This document shows, piece after piece, positions 20,949 through 32,391 of a DNA stretch of 64,000 nucleotides. The DNA comes from Pelagomonas calceolata. Taxonomy: Eukaryota. The notes under the pieces were generated by a model. That model did not search any database and was not told the DNA's origin. It saw nothing but the letters and a program-made list of their open reading frames with translations. The position numbers and the translations under genes are program-made. The stretch spans positions 558,001 through 622,000 of the forward strand of contig CAKKNE010000006.1 of assembly GCA_918797485.1 (NCBI GenBank), written 5' to 3'. How positions within the stretch are numbered: the stretch's first letter is position 1; every line of letters starts with the position of its first letter.

Positions 20949-21767
20949 TCACGTCATGTACCGGATCTTCGCCGTCGCCCAGGCCGGCGGCGTCGTGCCG
21001 GGCGGGCACTCGTAGACGACGTCCGTGCGGACGAGGTGCTTGGCGCCCTCTTCCAGGAAAGCGCCGCCGTGCATGAGGCCGTGGTCGAAGACGAGCGCGC
21101 GCCCGGGCAGTGGGGCTATTTTTGCCCGGCCGACGCCCGGCAGCGGGAAATAGGACTCCCCACCTTTCTCAGGCGCGTCGAGGTACAGTAATAATGATTG
21201 GAACGACGTGACCCGGCCGTGCCTCTCATCAGAAACCTCGGGCACGAAGTGCGAGTCGCGGTGCGGCCGGAAGTAGTCGCCCGGCCCGTAGCGGAGGAAC
21301 CGAAACACGGAGTTCAGGCCGACGGGCGTCCAGCCCGGGTTGGATTGTTTCAGAAGCGCCTTCACCGGCTGCATCGAGGCAGATACGGCGAGGCGCGCCC
21401 AGAGCCGGTCCGCGAATCTTTGGGAGTCAATGACGCACCGCCCCGAGATGTTGATGACGCTCGTGTCGTTCCTGCGGCCCTTTCTTCCAGAATGCTGGAT
21501 CGTCTCCTCGGTCGACTCGTAGCCCCGCGCCGTCGCGAGGTCGATGAGTTTTGAACACTCGGCCTCCGTCAGGAAGTCGTCGACGACGCCGCAGACGGGT
21601 TGTCCGGTCGCTCTCCCCTGGTCGAAGGCGTACTGCAACGGATCAAACGTTAATGGCTTTTTTGTGAGGTCGGGCCGCGGGCCGAGGCAGGTTGCTGGGT
21701 CCAGCTTGCTGCCAAACGCTCGGCTGCCGGTGCGAGCGGCGCGGCGCAGCACGAGTCGATAGGCCAT
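20949..21767 (-). CDS. 2OG-Fe(II) oxygenase (prolyl 4-hydroxylase-like), probable N-terminal transit peptide
   Basis: DFLTEAEC, FRFLRYGPGDYFRPHRD, LLLYL, GRALVFDHGLMHGG, KHLVRTD. Confidence 0.85.
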   Translation of the reverse strand: MAYRLVLRRAARTGSRAFGSKLDPATCLGPRPDLTKKPLTFDPLQYAFDQGRATGQPVCGVVDDFLTEAECSKLIDLATARGYESTEETIQHSGRKGRRNDTSVINISGRCVIDSQRFADRLWARLAVSASMQPVKALLKQSNPGWTPVGLNSVFRFLRYGPGDYFRPHRDSHFVPEVSDERHGRVTSFQSLLLYLDAPEKGGESYFPLPGVGRAKIAPLPGRALVFDHGLMHGGAFLEEGAKHLVRTDVVYECPPGTTPPAWATAKIRYMT

Positions 21768-22096
21768 CAGGGCAGCATCGTGGGGGCTGAGGCAGCGCAG
21801 CGATGGACAGACGTGACGAGTCGATTGTTTGGGACCAGTACGCGCCGTCTGTTGCCACGCACAGCAGCTTTTTAGCCCCGCAGCCAGACCCAGCTTTCAG
21901 AAGCTTCGGCGCGCGAGTCCGGACGGCTCCTCGGGAGCCCTCGGCGGCAATTCCCAGGGCTCCCCAGGCGCCGTTCCAGACCAATGCAGGACCAGAATTT
22001 TGAACGCTAGTGTGCCTAGCTAGTGTTCACATCTTTGAGAGCTCTTGTCAGCAGAGTCGTGTTCGGCAGCCAGCTGCGAGCACGAGCCAAGCAAGG

Positions 22097-23611
22097 ATGC
22101 AGAGGGTTGTGTTAGCAATTTGTTTGGCCGGCGCGGCCGGCCTCCTTGCACCGCAATGCGCCGTGCGTGCGCCGCGGGCCGTCCTGCGCGCCGAGGCCGC
22201 CGAGGCTCCGGCCGAGGCGACCCCTGCGCCGACGTTCAAGGTGATTGACATTCCGTCGGACAAGTGCGCAGCAGCGTAGAAACAAGAGAAACCGCCCTTG
22301 AGACGGCCGCGCCGCCCGGGTTCGAGTTCGCCACCCGGGGCGCCAAGACAACAAATGACGCCGCCGCCGGCCGCATACGCCGGCGACGCGACAGTACATC
22401 GACGCCGAAACGCCACCCCGACGTCGTCGACGCCCGCGACGCCCGCGACGCCCGCGACGACCGGACCGCCACCCCCCCGCAGGCCCAAAGAAGAAAAAGA
22501 AGAAGAAGTAGTGGACCCCAAGGCCGAGGAGGAAGAATTAACGAAGAACATCAAGGGCAAGCCCATCATGGGCGTCTCCGGCTTCTTCAACGATGCCACG
22601 CGCAGCGACCAGCGCGTCCTGGACGTGCTCCACGCGCAGAACGTCTGGGGCGCCATCGTCGCGTTCTCCGACGACATGGTGGCCAACAAGAAAAGACTTA
22701 TGAGTCGTTCCGCGCGCTACTCGGGATTACTTGGAGTGTTGCGCTTCGGCGAGCTCAACTCCGGAGATGTGGCGACGTCCCTGGAAAACGCGGAGGTCCA
22801 GGCCTGGCTGGCCTTCGACGTGGCTCCCACGGAAGTCGGGGCTACTTTACAAGCTGCTATTAAAGCTAAAACTGTGGAGCGCGTCGTCGTCGCGTCGACG
22901 GGACCGGTCCCGGACGACCAATTGAAGGTCGTCGAGGGTGAAGATATTGACTGGTCCGTGGTTTCGTTCGACGTCGCGGCGTTGGCTGATGATTTACCGG
23001 AGGGCGGTCCTCTAGCTGTTGATCGTGATAGCCAGGACCTGGCCTCGGCCATTTCTCGGGATGATGCTTGTAGGGTCGTCGCGGAAGCGTTCGTCCTGGA
23101 ACCGGCCACGAAGAAGCGCTTCGTCGTCAGCAATGGTGGGGAGATGTCCGCACTTTATTTGAGATCTTTGAGGGAGCAGGGCTTCTCGCGCCGAGCGGAA
23201 CTCGGCAAGCTCATCCAGGGCGACATGGCCGCCTTTGAAGAGGCCCAGAAGCCCAAGGAAGAGGTCGTCGAAGAAAAGACCGAGGAAGAAAAGAAGGCCG
23301 AGGCCATCGACCGCGCGAAGGAGTACGAGGAGCTCTTCGCCGAGTCGCGCAAGCAGGCTGCCGAACAAAGAGAACGGGCCATCAGTGCCAAAGCTCGGGA
23401 GTGGCTCAGTGGCCGCTGGGAGGCGAAAAAGTACTCGACCGCCGCGGGCATCGACGTCGAGGCGTACATCGAGGAGAACTGGGCCGAGGGCGTCAAGGAG
23501 GCGTCGGCGATCCTCGGGTATACGAAGAAGAACGCCCAGGGCATGAACGTGGACGATGACGACGATGATGATGATGATGACGACGACGACGACGACGACG
23601 ACGACGAGTAG
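22097..23611 (+). CDS. Plastid-targeted NAD(P)-binding Rossmann-like protein with acidic tail; 2 exons (intron 22264-22482)
   Basis: Bipartite-like leader MQRVVLAICLAGAAGLLAP. A 219-nt GTGCGC..CCGCAG intron removes the stop (PSDK|PKEE). 'AISRDDACRVVAEA' is SDR/NmrA-like. Confidence 0.7.
22264..22482 (+). other. 219-nt spliceosomal intron with 9-bp tandem repeat (CGACGCCCG)n
   Basis: GT..AG ends, frame-preserving; repeat at 22428-22463. No clear TSD/TIR. Confidence 0.7.
23552..23605 (+). repeat. (GAY)n trinucleotide repeat encoding poly-Asp
   Basis: GAC/GAT run just before the final Glu codon and stop. Confidence 0.9.
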
Positions 23612-23794
23612 GCGTCCTTCCCGGCTAACTATTGTATACTTATAGCCTTCTCTCGCGGCGATGGCGTATCATCGGTGTTTGCTCGTGCTGCTACGGTAAC
23701 TGTCTCTTGTGCTTCGTGGGACGTGTAGACGTGTCGCGTCGATGGCGTGCGAGTGGTCGGACTCGATGTGGTACCGTAATACATATATCGCTTG

Positions 23795-23815
23795 CTAGTG
23801 CCTTACTGGCGCTAG
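23795..23815. promoter_or_regulatory. CTAG-bounded conserved upstream element (copy 4)
   Basis: CTAGTGCCTTACTGGCGCTAG, about 180 bp upstream of ATG 23996. Confidence 0.65.
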
Positions 23816-23995
23816 CTGTGCCAGCTTGGGCAAAAAAAAATCGGCTGCAGCGCACGGCAGTGCAACGAACGATATACGAGGAAAGACAGATTCTCTATAG
23901 ATCGCTAATCGCAGCGCCAATTTAAACGAGCAGTTCTACCTGCTCTCAAAGCACAGCACCAGACCTGCAGAGGCCGACGGCAGCGAGCTGCAAAA

Positions 23996-25531
23996 ATGAA
24001 CAACGTCAAAGCCATCCTCCTGGCCCTGCTGGGTGCATGGTTATTAATAGGCACGCGCTTCGCCCAGCACCACCACTTGACCGCGGAGGAGTTGGAAAGA
24101 GACGCCGAAAAAGCACTCGAATTCGAGCGGCGCGAGTGGATTGCTGGCGAGAAGTTCGTCGAGCACGAGTGGTCCATTGTGGAGGGCGCGGTGGAGCGGG
24201 AAGCCAGACTGGGCGCCGAGGCGGCGAAGCGCGTCCTCGAGCGCTTCGAGGCGCCGGAAGCCAAGCGTCTGCAGGAGCGCTTCGAGGCGCCGCCGCCGCC
24301 AGTCCCGACCGAACTGACCCACGACCGCTGGCGTAGGGTAGGAAGGCCACCGATCAAACTGCCCGACGGCCCCTTCGTGAAAGAAAATGACGCCTTACAT
24401 GGAGACGTGACGACGCACTGGCGGGAGAACCCGGATTTTCGGGCACGGGTTGAGCGGTCCCGCGACAAAACCGTTTCTGAGCCGGGCTGCGACTGGCGCC
24501 AGTGCTTCGACGACCGGAAGAAGGCCAAGTGCCTGCATTTCTGTCGGGAGGATGCGAGACATGGTGACGAGGCGCCCTCTACCTATGTACCGGACCCCGC
24601 TGCTATCAGAAAGCGGTGGCTCGCGGAACGCCAAACGACGTGGCCTGCATTACCGAAGGAGCTCTGCGAACCATACACGGTGCAGGGCGCCAAAGGACCG
24701 GATACCAATAAACGATTGCTCGACGAAGCTCCAATCAAAGCATCACCGTTTGTGGAAAGAAAAGGCCCGCGACTCCTCTGCGTCATGTACACGACAGCAG
24801 AATCACATGCGACGCACGTCCGAGCCGCGGTCGAGACGTGGGCGCCCGGGTGCGACGGGTTCGTCGCGTTCAGTACCGAACATGACCCGTCACTCAACGC
24901 CGTCAAGATCGACCATGCGGGAGAAGAGGCCTACATGAACATGTGGCAGAAGCTGCGGAGCATCTGGGCTTATGTACATGAACATTACTCAACAGATTAC
25001 GACTTTTACTTCGCCGGCGGCGAAGATCTCTATGTCCTGCCACAGAATTTGAGGGATTTCCTGACGGGAAGGGATCCGTCTTCGCCTCAATTACTGGGGA
25101 GGAGGTTTCGAGATTATGGAAGGAATCTGTTCAATTCCGGTGGCGCTGGGTACGTGTTGTCGAGGGGCGCTTTGTCCGCATATGCGAAACACAAGGACGA
25201 TGCCGTGTGCATGCCTTCCCTGAAGACGCCGACCGAAGATGTTCAGATCGCGAAATGTTTGAAGAACACCGTTGGTATCGAGCCTGAGGATACGCGGGAT
25301 AGTGAGGGCAGGGAACGGTTCCACCCCTTCGCCCCTGGGCACATGTTGACGATCAAGCCCCCAGCACAAGGCCAGCCGCGCGACTGGTTTTATGATTACA
25401 CGAAGGAGTGGCCGCCGCTACCGGGCGCCGAGTGCTGCTCCTCCGGCAGCGTCTCTTTTCATTATTTAAAGAAGCCGGCGATGGTGCGGCACGTGCACGC
25501 GGTCCTCTATGACTGTCCTAGTAAATTGTGA
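23996..25531 (+). CDS. GT31 core-1 beta-1,3-galactosyltransferase-like (C1GALT1-like)
   Basis: RLLCVMYT, ETWAPGCD, LGRRF, NSGGAGYVLSRGAL, EDVQIAKCL, DTRDSEGRERFHPF, CCS..VSFHY. Confidence 0.9.
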   Translation: MNNVKAILLALLGAWLLIGTRFAQHHHLTAEELERDAEKALEFERREWIAGEKFVEHEWSIVEGAVEREARLGAEAAKRVLERFEAPEAKRLQERFEAPPPPVPTELTHDRWRRVGRPPIKLPDGPFVKENDALHGDVTTHWRENPDFRARVERSRDKTVSEPGCDWRQCFDDRKKAKCLHFCREDARHGDEAPSTYVPDPAAIRKRWLAERQTTWPALPKELCEPYTVQGAKGPDTNKRLLDEAPIKASPFVERKGPRLLCVMYTTAESHATHVRAAVETWAPGCDGFVAFSTEHDPSLNAVKIDHAGEEAYMNMWQKLRSIWAYVHEHYSTDYDFYFAGGEDLYVLPQNLRDFLTGRDPSSPQLLGRRFRDYGRNLFNSGGAGYVLSRGALSAYAKHKDDAVCMPSLKTPTEDVQIAKCLKNTVGIEPEDTRDSEGRERFHPFAPGHMLTIKPPAQGQPRDWFYDYTKEWPPLPGAECCSSGSVSFHYLKKPAMVRHVHAVLYDCPSKL

Positions 25532-25600
25532 GTTTTATAAATACAGAACGACTACGACTTGATTCGATAAATAGATATGTGCGGCACGCCGTCGCCGCGA

Positions 25601-26344
25601 TCAGTCCTCGGCGAGCGCCGCGACGACGTCGTGGAAGTCCTCGACGAACCAGTCCGCCTTCGCCACGACGGCGTCCCGCGCCACGACGCCCCCAAAACCA
25701 ATGAACGCGTCGGCCGGCGGCTTCGCCTGGGCGTCCGTCGCGCCGTCGCCAACCATGACGATCGTCTGGGCGCCTTCTTTTTTAAGTTTCGCGATCACTG
25801 CGGGCTTGCCCCCGTCCCGCGAGGTCGGTTCGGAAGCGTCAAAACCGCTGTACTCGCCGTTGGCATCCCACAGGATGGTGTTCGCGAATATGCGCTCCTT
25901 CGGGACGCCGAAGGCCTCCAGAGCCGTCGCCTCGATCATGGCCCGAAACCCGCCAGACACCACATAGACGGCAGTGCCGCGCTCCGCCAGCGCCGCGCAG
26001 AGCTCCGCCGCGCCGGGCGTGACCGGCGGCGGATGCCTCCTTAAACATTCGGCGACGTCGTCCTTCGACGGCTTGATGAGGTCCAATCGAGCTGCGATCG
26101 CGTCCTCGAACTTTACACCACCGTCCATCGCCTTCGTCGTCCAGGCCGCGACGGCCGGGCCGGCGCCGCAGTGCTCCGCCAGGACGTCGATGCCTTCTTC
26201 TCCAATGAGCGTGCTGTCGAAGTCAAAACAAACAGCATCCGCCGTCCTCAAACAATGCTTGGCGTGCGCGATCGTCGAGGCTGTGCTCATGCGTCGCATG
26301 GCGAGCGTGAGGCGCGGCGCGGCTAGGGTGAGGGCGCGGCGCAT
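25601..26344 (-). CDS. serB: Phosphoserine phosphatase (HAD), organelle-targeted
   Basis: AVCFDFDST, EEGIDVLA, VSGGF, GGK, MVGDGATD, FIGFGG. Confidence 0.92.
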   Translation of the reverse strand: MRRALTLAAPRLTLAMRRMSTASTIAHAKHCLRTADAVCFDFDSTLIGEEGIDVLAEHCGAGPAVAAWTTKAMDGGVKFEDAIAARLDLIKPSKDDVAECLRRHPPPVTPGAAELCAALAERGTAVYVVSGGFRAMIEATALEAFGVPKERIFANTILWDANGEYSGFDASEPTSRDGGKPAVIAKLKKEGAQTIVMVGDGATDAQAKPPADAFIGFGGVVARDAVVAKADWFVEDFHDVVAALAED

Positions 26345-26482
26345 GCTTACTTGCCTGACTGCGGCGCGGCGACCGTTTGCTGGCTGCGACAGTTGCGCAC
26401 GGCAGCGAATCGATGCGCAACGTATAATTGATGCAGCCGCGCTCGACTATCTAAGCGAGCGACTCGTTTGCGCCAAGCTGAG

Positions 26483-26504
26483 CTAGCGGCCTGTAAGACA
26501 CTAG
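26483..26504. promoter_or_regulatory. CTAG-bounded conserved upstream element (copy 5), divergent promoter
   Basis: CTAGCGGCCTGTAAGACACTAG, identical to 40320-40341. Confidence 0.7.
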
Positions 26505-26625
26505 CAATGCAGCACACTCGAGCTGAGCTGTGTAGAGATCGATTCACGCGGCGAGACGGCCTGCGGGTGACGCGTACTTATCGCCAACGAAGCCTCGTCT
26601 CGCCCTGAGACGCGTACACTTACAA

Positions 26626-26826
26626 ATGAAACCCCCACTATGGCTCCTCCTGCACGCCGCCGCCTCGGCGTCGACGGAACAACTCTTCCTGCTGGTCACG
26701 GAGCCGCGGTCTGGGAGCGATTGGCTCGTGGACCTGCTCGACGCCCACCCGAATGTCTGCGTCCCCGCGGGCCGTTGGGCCGAGAAAGGCAGTGGCGACA
26801 AACACCGCCGGCGGCCTCGTACGTGA
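26626..26826 (+). pseudogene. Signal peptide + sulfotransferase (Stf0-like) 5'-PSB loop; truncated, or first exon of an unresolved gene
   Basis: FLLVTEPRSGSDWLVDLLDAHPNVC. Homology ends at GT 26761 and no convincing downstream exon was found. Confidence 0.45.
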
Positions 26827-27386
26827 CGCCCGCGTCCACTATCTTCTTCCACGACCCTTGGACGAGCTCCACCGTTTTCGTGAGATCTGCGCGCGGCGGC
26901 GCGGGTGTCAGATTGTTACCCAGCATCCTCTCTCGAGGTCCCCGTGACTCTTCGAACGAGACGCTGGCAGCGCCGCGCCGGCGCCGGCGGCCGCGCCGGG
27001 GTCGCATGGCCGGTTTCATGCCGTTTTGCAACGGAGAACGGTACTGTGCGTACTCGCGTGGACAGCAAGCCAATTTTTGCCACGGTTTGAGCTCCGCGCG
27101 CCGCGGCAATTATGATGATGTCACAATTGCTGCTCTCACAGCTCGCAGAGCGCGGCGGTTTCAGCGGTTTGCGGATTCTTTGCAAAGGGTTCGGACTTTG
27201 AATGATGCTACTCACCTCCAGAGCTCATCTTGTCTCGCTTTCTAACTCGAACTTTGACAGCAACTCGACGCCAACACAAGAAGGGAGTGTCGTGGCACTC
27301 TCGGGAGCGCGACGACTCGAGAGCAACTAAAAGGGACAGGTCTTCTTAATTCGCCCCAAGGAAGGATCACATAGTAGGAAAGAGCT

Positions 27387-30074
27387 CTAGGCCTGGACGA
27401 CCGCGTACGACCAAGACGACGCGCGGCAGAGCTGCTCCAGTTCTTGGTTTTCACCGGCAATTACGACGCCGGCCACACCAACGGACTTCGCCCGGACCAA
27501 CGTATCTTCGTCCACGGGCAGCCCCAAGACCAGTTGACACGAAGGCTTGGCCGCGTCCACAAGTTTCCCGCACCACGCGCCATCGAGAACACCTTTTTGT
27601 GTTATCGGACAAGCTACAACCTCCGCCACACCCAACGACCGAGCGGCTTCGACGTCCGCCTCGAGCGCCACGCGGTCCCAGGCGTCGCAGCTAGCCCATC
27701 TTTTGGTCGTCCAGGACGGCCGGAGATGAAGCACCGTCTTCGACCGGGGATTCGCTTGTCTGGCAGCAGCCGCCGCGACCGCCGCAAAGCCCGGGCCCCG
27801 CTCGCCATCCACGTCGGCGCGACCGGTCTCCAGCGCCGAGTGCCGCGCGTCCTCGACGTAAACGGCAATTCTTCCCACTTCCGTGTGGATAGGGGCCGGC
27901 GCCGGTGCCGGTGATTCGTCCTGGGACTCGTCTTCTGTCTCCGTGAGGTTCGACTCTACCGAACGTCTCTTGGCGGCGGCGGCTTCCCGAGCTTTCGAGG
28001 CATCTCTTCTAGTACGCATTCTCCTCTGGGCATAGGTTCTAGGGATGGCGGCGGCCCGCACCCCATCTGGAGTCAGGTGCCACTCGCCGGCCAAGACGAC
28101 CTTGTGCGGGCGGCCCGTGAGGACGGCGTGGCCCCCTCTAGGTAGGATCAACATCGTTTCTCCAGGCCCGAACTCGTCGTACTGCAGTAGACCTCTATTC
28201 AAGCATCCTAACAAAGCGTCGGCCTCGAACTGGAGCAGTCTCGCATCGGCCTCGCCGCCAAGCTTCATATACACAAGTGCTTCTCTTGAAGCGTGTAAGC
28301 ACGCCGCGACGGGCCTCGGCACGCCCAGCACGCGATTCTTGCCCGCTAGCGTGTGGTAGAAGACGGCTTGCACGCCGAAGTCGCAGTGCGTCGGCGTCAG
28401 TCCTCCCGGCCAACCAGCAATTAAGTAGTGGCGCCGGTCCTCGTCGCCCGCAAGCGTCTGGCCCCGAGGGCCGAAGCGCCACCCATCAGAGGACGGACAG
28501 ACCTTCTCGACGCAAGCGGTAGCAGCTAATCTATTACAGTAGTCGTCCAGTTCACTTCCTACGCGTACTCGTGTATCGAGCGCGACGCATCGCGTCTGAG
28601 AAGCTAGTTCCTTGCCACCTTGCGCCAACCCATCGATGCCCTCGAAGGACGCCGTGCCAAAACCACCAGCGATGGTGTTGACGTGATACGCTCCTGGATT
28701 CGTCGGCTCCAAATCACCTCTTGCTTCGGGGGCATGATCCGGCTTCTGGAGCGAGCGCCTCAGTCGTCCTTGTGGAGGCGGTGTGAGCGCCGTCGCGCCC
28801 TTGCCGTCGCCGCAGTCTAACCTCACGATCTGGGGCAAGGCACCTTCGGCCTCCGCTTGTTCCAAAGCTTGCGTCAGGCGATTCTCCACGGCCAGCCAAA
28901 ACTCCGTCAGGTGGCCCTTCTCGAAGGCGTCCTGGAAGTCTCTTAAACATCTTTCGTAGTCGATCTCGGACAGCAACGTCGTCGCCGCGGTCGCGCCGTC
29001 GAAGCACCCAAAGGGTCGTAGCTTGCCACTTCGAGGCCTCTGGGGCTGGGGGCTCTGGAGCCGTTCTCTTGTACTTTGAGGTACGGGCGACGGTTCCAGG
29101 AGTTCTTTGATGTCTCTGGCTGCTTCTTCTATACTTCTACTAGGTGCTTTCAACACAGGTACTCGTTGGTTCTTCTGGGCCGCGGCGACGGCCTCGAAGA
29201 CCTCCGCTAGCGGTCGGCCCACATCTAAGCCTCGCCTCGCGTCGACCTGGCCCCGTCTCGTCGACGGCGTCCTCGCTGAACGCACTTCATTATTACCTTC
29301 AGGGTCATATCTAGGCTCCTTGCCGCCGTACTTCTCGAGCTTCCGTCGTTTGGTAGGTTGCCGCGCGCGTTGGGAAGGTTCGCGCTTCGGCGCCGGCGCG
29401 GCCCGCCGTCGCGGTCGTGCCGTCTGCTTCGGAGCATAGATCCTTACTAAGACACAATCCGTACCATCCTCTAGACAAGAGCCGCTCATCTCGAAGTGGC
29501 CGAACCTATTGTCGCCGACGCACTTGATGGTTCTTCGACCATCGACGACGTCCGCAATAGATAAAGAAAGGGCCTCGTCGACGCGCAGATTGCCCGTGAG
29601 CTGCTTCAGGTCGAAGCCGCCGTCGTACACATCTCCTCCTGGTGTGCGCGCCTCATATTTAAACGCGCTCGTCTCGACCGCGTCGCGCCCAAAGCCCCAC
29701 CGGCCCTCGAAAGTGCCGCCTCGCAACGTGCCCCGCAATACGGCCTGGCCGGCGTCCTTTTGGATCGGCTTCTGCTTGCCGTTTAGAGGTGGGGTGGTTG
29801 CGCCCGGCGTCGTCGAGGGCGCGGGTTGTGGCGCGGGGGTCACTTCGGCGGTCGCCGCGGGCGTGGGCGCGGGCGCGGGTGCGGTCTCCGCGGCTACCTT
29901 CAGCGGCGGCGTCGTAGCGGGCGCTTCCGCCGGCAGCGCGCTCTTGGCTGGGGCGGCGGGCGCCGCATTATTTGGCGTTTCAGGCGGCGTGCTCTCACTG
30001 TCTATGCTCGAGCCACAGAGCGGCTGGGGCTCAGCCAGCGCCACGGGTGCAAGAGGCCCGGGCCCCTCAACCAT
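27387..30074 (-). CDS. Multi-domain protein: JmjC/cupin-like domain + C-terminal CutC-like TIM-barrel
   Basis: TPTHCDFG...GPGETMLILPRGGHAVLT (HxD..H). C-terminal LHLRP...LEADVEAARSLGVAEVVACPITQKGVLD resembles CutC. Confidence 0.6.
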   Translation of the reverse strand: MVEGPGPLAPVALAEPQPLCGSSIDSESTPPETPNNAAPAAPAKSALPAEAPATTPPLKVAAETAPAPAPTPAATAEVTPAPQPAPSTTPGATTPPLNGKQKPIQKDAGQAVLRGTLRGGTFEGRWGFGRDAVETSAFKYEARTPGGDVYDGGFDLKQLTGNLRVDEALSLSIADVVDGRRTIKCVGDNRFGHFEMSGSCLEDGTDCVLVRIYAPKQTARPRRRAAPAPKREPSQRARQPTKRRKLEKYGGKEPRYDPEGNNEVRSARTPSTRRGQVDARRGLDVGRPLAEVFEAVAAAQKNQRVPVLKAPSRSIEEAARDIKELLEPSPVPQSTRERLQSPQPQRPRSGKLRPFGCFDGATAATTLLSEIDYERCLRDFQDAFEKGHLTEFWLAVENRLTQALEQAEAEGALPQIVRLDCGDGKGATALTPPPQGRLRRSLQKPDHAPEARGDLEPTNPGAYHVNTIAGGFGTASFEGIDGLAQGGKELASQTRCVALDTRVRVGSELDDYCNRLAATACVEKVCPSSDGWRFGPRGQTLAGDEDRRHYLIAGWPGGLTPTHCDFGVQAVFYHTLAGKNRVLGVPRPVAACLHASREALVYMKLGGEADARLLQFEADALLGCLNRGLLQYDEFGPGETMLILPRGGHAVLTGRPHKVVLAGEWHLTPDGVRAAAIPRTYAQRRMRTRRDASKAREAAAAKRRSVESNLTETEDESQDESPAPAPAPIHTEVGRIAVYVEDARHSALETGRADVDGERGPGFAAVAAAAARQANPRSKTVLHLRPSWTTKRWASCDAWDRVALEADVEAARSLGVAEVVACPITQKGVLDGAWCGKLVDAAKPSCQLVLGLPVDEDTLVRAKSVGVAGVVIAGENQELEQLCRASSWSYAVVQA

Positions 30075-30529
30075 TTGCGGCCGTCAGCTCTGTCAGCGCT
30101 AGCCTATAAGTTGCAAACAAGAGGGCAAAGCGCGCGTCGGTCGCCTCTGCCCCCAAGCTTGTGCCTTAAAGCAAAGGCGCGAAGACGCGTCCCAACCCTC
30201 GCCGAGGAGACCTTTGAGGAGAGTTCGGGGCCGACGCGCTTCGTTTGGCGCTTGTCGGCTTTCAGCGTGTCGGGTTTTTTCAATATTTTTTGGCGTCGGC
30301 AAAACTTAGAGTTTGAAGGCGCTTACGCTTCACGTCAGCCTCGCTGGACACGGTGCAGCAGTGCCACGTGGTCCAGTGCATCGCGGACGCACGAAACCGG
30401 TGCACGCAGAGACCCATAAGGCTGCAAACTGCAGCCGTCGGCAAGGCCAGCCAACCGCCGACAGCTTACGCCGTCGACGCACACATCGCATTGGCAGCCA
30501 GGGAACGCCGCACCACCACCAGCGCAACC

Positions 30530-32145
30530 ATGGCCTTCTTCCAAAGCGGAGACAAAGAAATAGTTGTGGACGACGACACCGTCGAACCCTACGAGAGCCC
30601 GCTCGCCCATCAAAAGTCGTACGACGACTTCAGTGCAGTACAAGAACCCAAGGCGAGGCAAGGCCGCGTCTATCGCCTCCAGCCCGCCGTGAAGCAGTAC
30701 GCCTGGGGGATCAGAGGAGGTGATAGTCGCGTAGCCCGCTATGGCTTAGAAACGGGCGCGTTAAAAACGATCGATCAAAGTGCTCCTTATGCGGAGATCT
30801 GGCTCGGCACGCACCCCTCTGGGCCTTCATTATTAGATGATGGGACTGAGTTATCCAAAGTAGTCAAGGGCGGCAACCTACCTTGGTTGCTGAAAGTCCT
30901 CAGTGCCGGGAAAGCCTTGTCCATCCAGGCGCACCCGGACAAGTCCCTCGCGGAGAAGCTCCACAAGGACAAGCCCGACTTGTACAAAGACGCAAACCAC
31001 AAGCCCGAGATGGCCATCGCGCTGACGCCCTTCGAGGCCATGTGCGGGTTCCGGCGGCTGTCGGAGATTGCGGTCCACTTGCGCAAGCATCCGGAGTTCG
31101 CCGCTTGTATTTCGACCGAGGCGCAGCTCGCCGTCTTCACGGCGGGGCCCCGCGATTCGAAAGCGCAGAAACTGGCGTTGCATAAAGTGTTCGAGTCGTT
31201 TATGGTCTGCAGCGGTGTCTCTCAGAAATTTCAACATGCGGCGCTCTGCTCGATGGCGTCACGTGGATTCTACCCCACCGCCACGCCATCGCCGCGACGT
31301 CGACGCGACGGCTCACCGGTCACGCAACGCAGGCCTGCGAGCCCGACGTCTCGTCCGCCCAGCTCAAGCTCTTGGTCCAACGCCTAAGGAGGGAGCAGCG
31401 CGCCCAGTTCCGGCCGAGCGGCGCGCAGCACATCAACCCCGCGGCGCCCGTCCTCTCGCCCGGCTCCGCGGCCAAAGATGATGAGGTCCCCGAGAGCGCC
31501 TGGGAGCGGAAGGCCGCGCGAGCTATTTTGAGATTGGAAGAGCAGTTCCCGGGCGACGTCGGGGCCATGGCTCCGTTGTTTCTCAACTACTTATTGATCG
31601 CGCCCGGAGAAAGCTTCTTCATGGCTGCGAACGAACCGCACGCCTACGTCGCCGGAGAAATCCTGGAGTGCATGGCGTGTTCCGATAATGTGGTGCGGGC
31701 CGGACTGACGCCGAAGATGAAAGATGTTGATAATCTCGTGGACATGCTGACCTATAGCATGGGTGGCCCTGACATCGAGTTTGGTCGATTAGTCCACCAG
31801 GGGCCTGGTACTCGTACCTTATGTTATACTCCCCCAGTCCCCGAGTTCGAAGTACTCATTACGACGGTCGAGACCGGTGCTACTTATGATATCGCTCCTT
31901 GTGAGGTTCCTTCTATATTAATCTGTGTGGAAGGTATCGGGCATACTCAAAGTGCTCCTGGGCCTGATGGGGTGGAGCCCCAAAGAAAACATAGATATGA
32001 ATTGTGCCCGGGCAAATCGCTCTATATCACGGCGGGCACCGTGGCGCTGACGCTCGTCAACGACATGACCACGAAAGGACCGCTGCGGGTCGCGCGGGCG
32101 CGCCAGAACCTGAGCCTGGCGGGGCGCGCGGAGGACTCCCAGTGA
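30530..32145 (+). CDS. MPI: Mannose-6-phosphate isomerase, type I; 2 exons (intron 31205-31332)
   Basis: QYAWG, PYAEIWLGTHP, LLKVLS..KALSIQAHPDK, DANHKPEM, NEPHAY, ECMACSDNVVRAGLTPK. A 128-nt intron joins the frames (ESFM|ACEPD). Confidence 0.93.
31205..31332 (+). mobile_element. 128-nt introner-derived intron
   Basis: GTCTGCAG vs downstream GCCTGCGA (decayed TSD). Core ACGCCATCGCCGCG at 31283-31296; CTCAC branch-like motif; CGCAG acceptor. Confidence 0.8.
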
Positions 32146-32391
32146 TTTCGCGGCGACGGCGTACAGCTTGCGTAGACGCGAAGGATGCCGCGGCGATGGC
32201 GTGGGGCGGCGGCTAGCTCTGCCTCTTGTAACACAACAAATATTCGTCGGTCATAGATATGGCGGCTTGGTGGCTAGGCGGCCTAGCTCTAAGCAAAGCA
32301 GATATAATTCGAATTAGAAATGGGACCGGCGGGTATTGTACGCGCCGCGAGGTCCGCATTTGTGCTCGAGCGGAGCGGAGCGAGCGATAGA

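Noticed and set aside
22264..22482. Membership of this intron in the TIR introner family
   Set aside because: Similar length, but no recognisable TSD, TIR or full core motif.
31205..31387. Programmed frameshift or pseudogenisation in MPI and ISWI
   Set aside because: Fully explained by GT-AG introns that restore conserved motifs.
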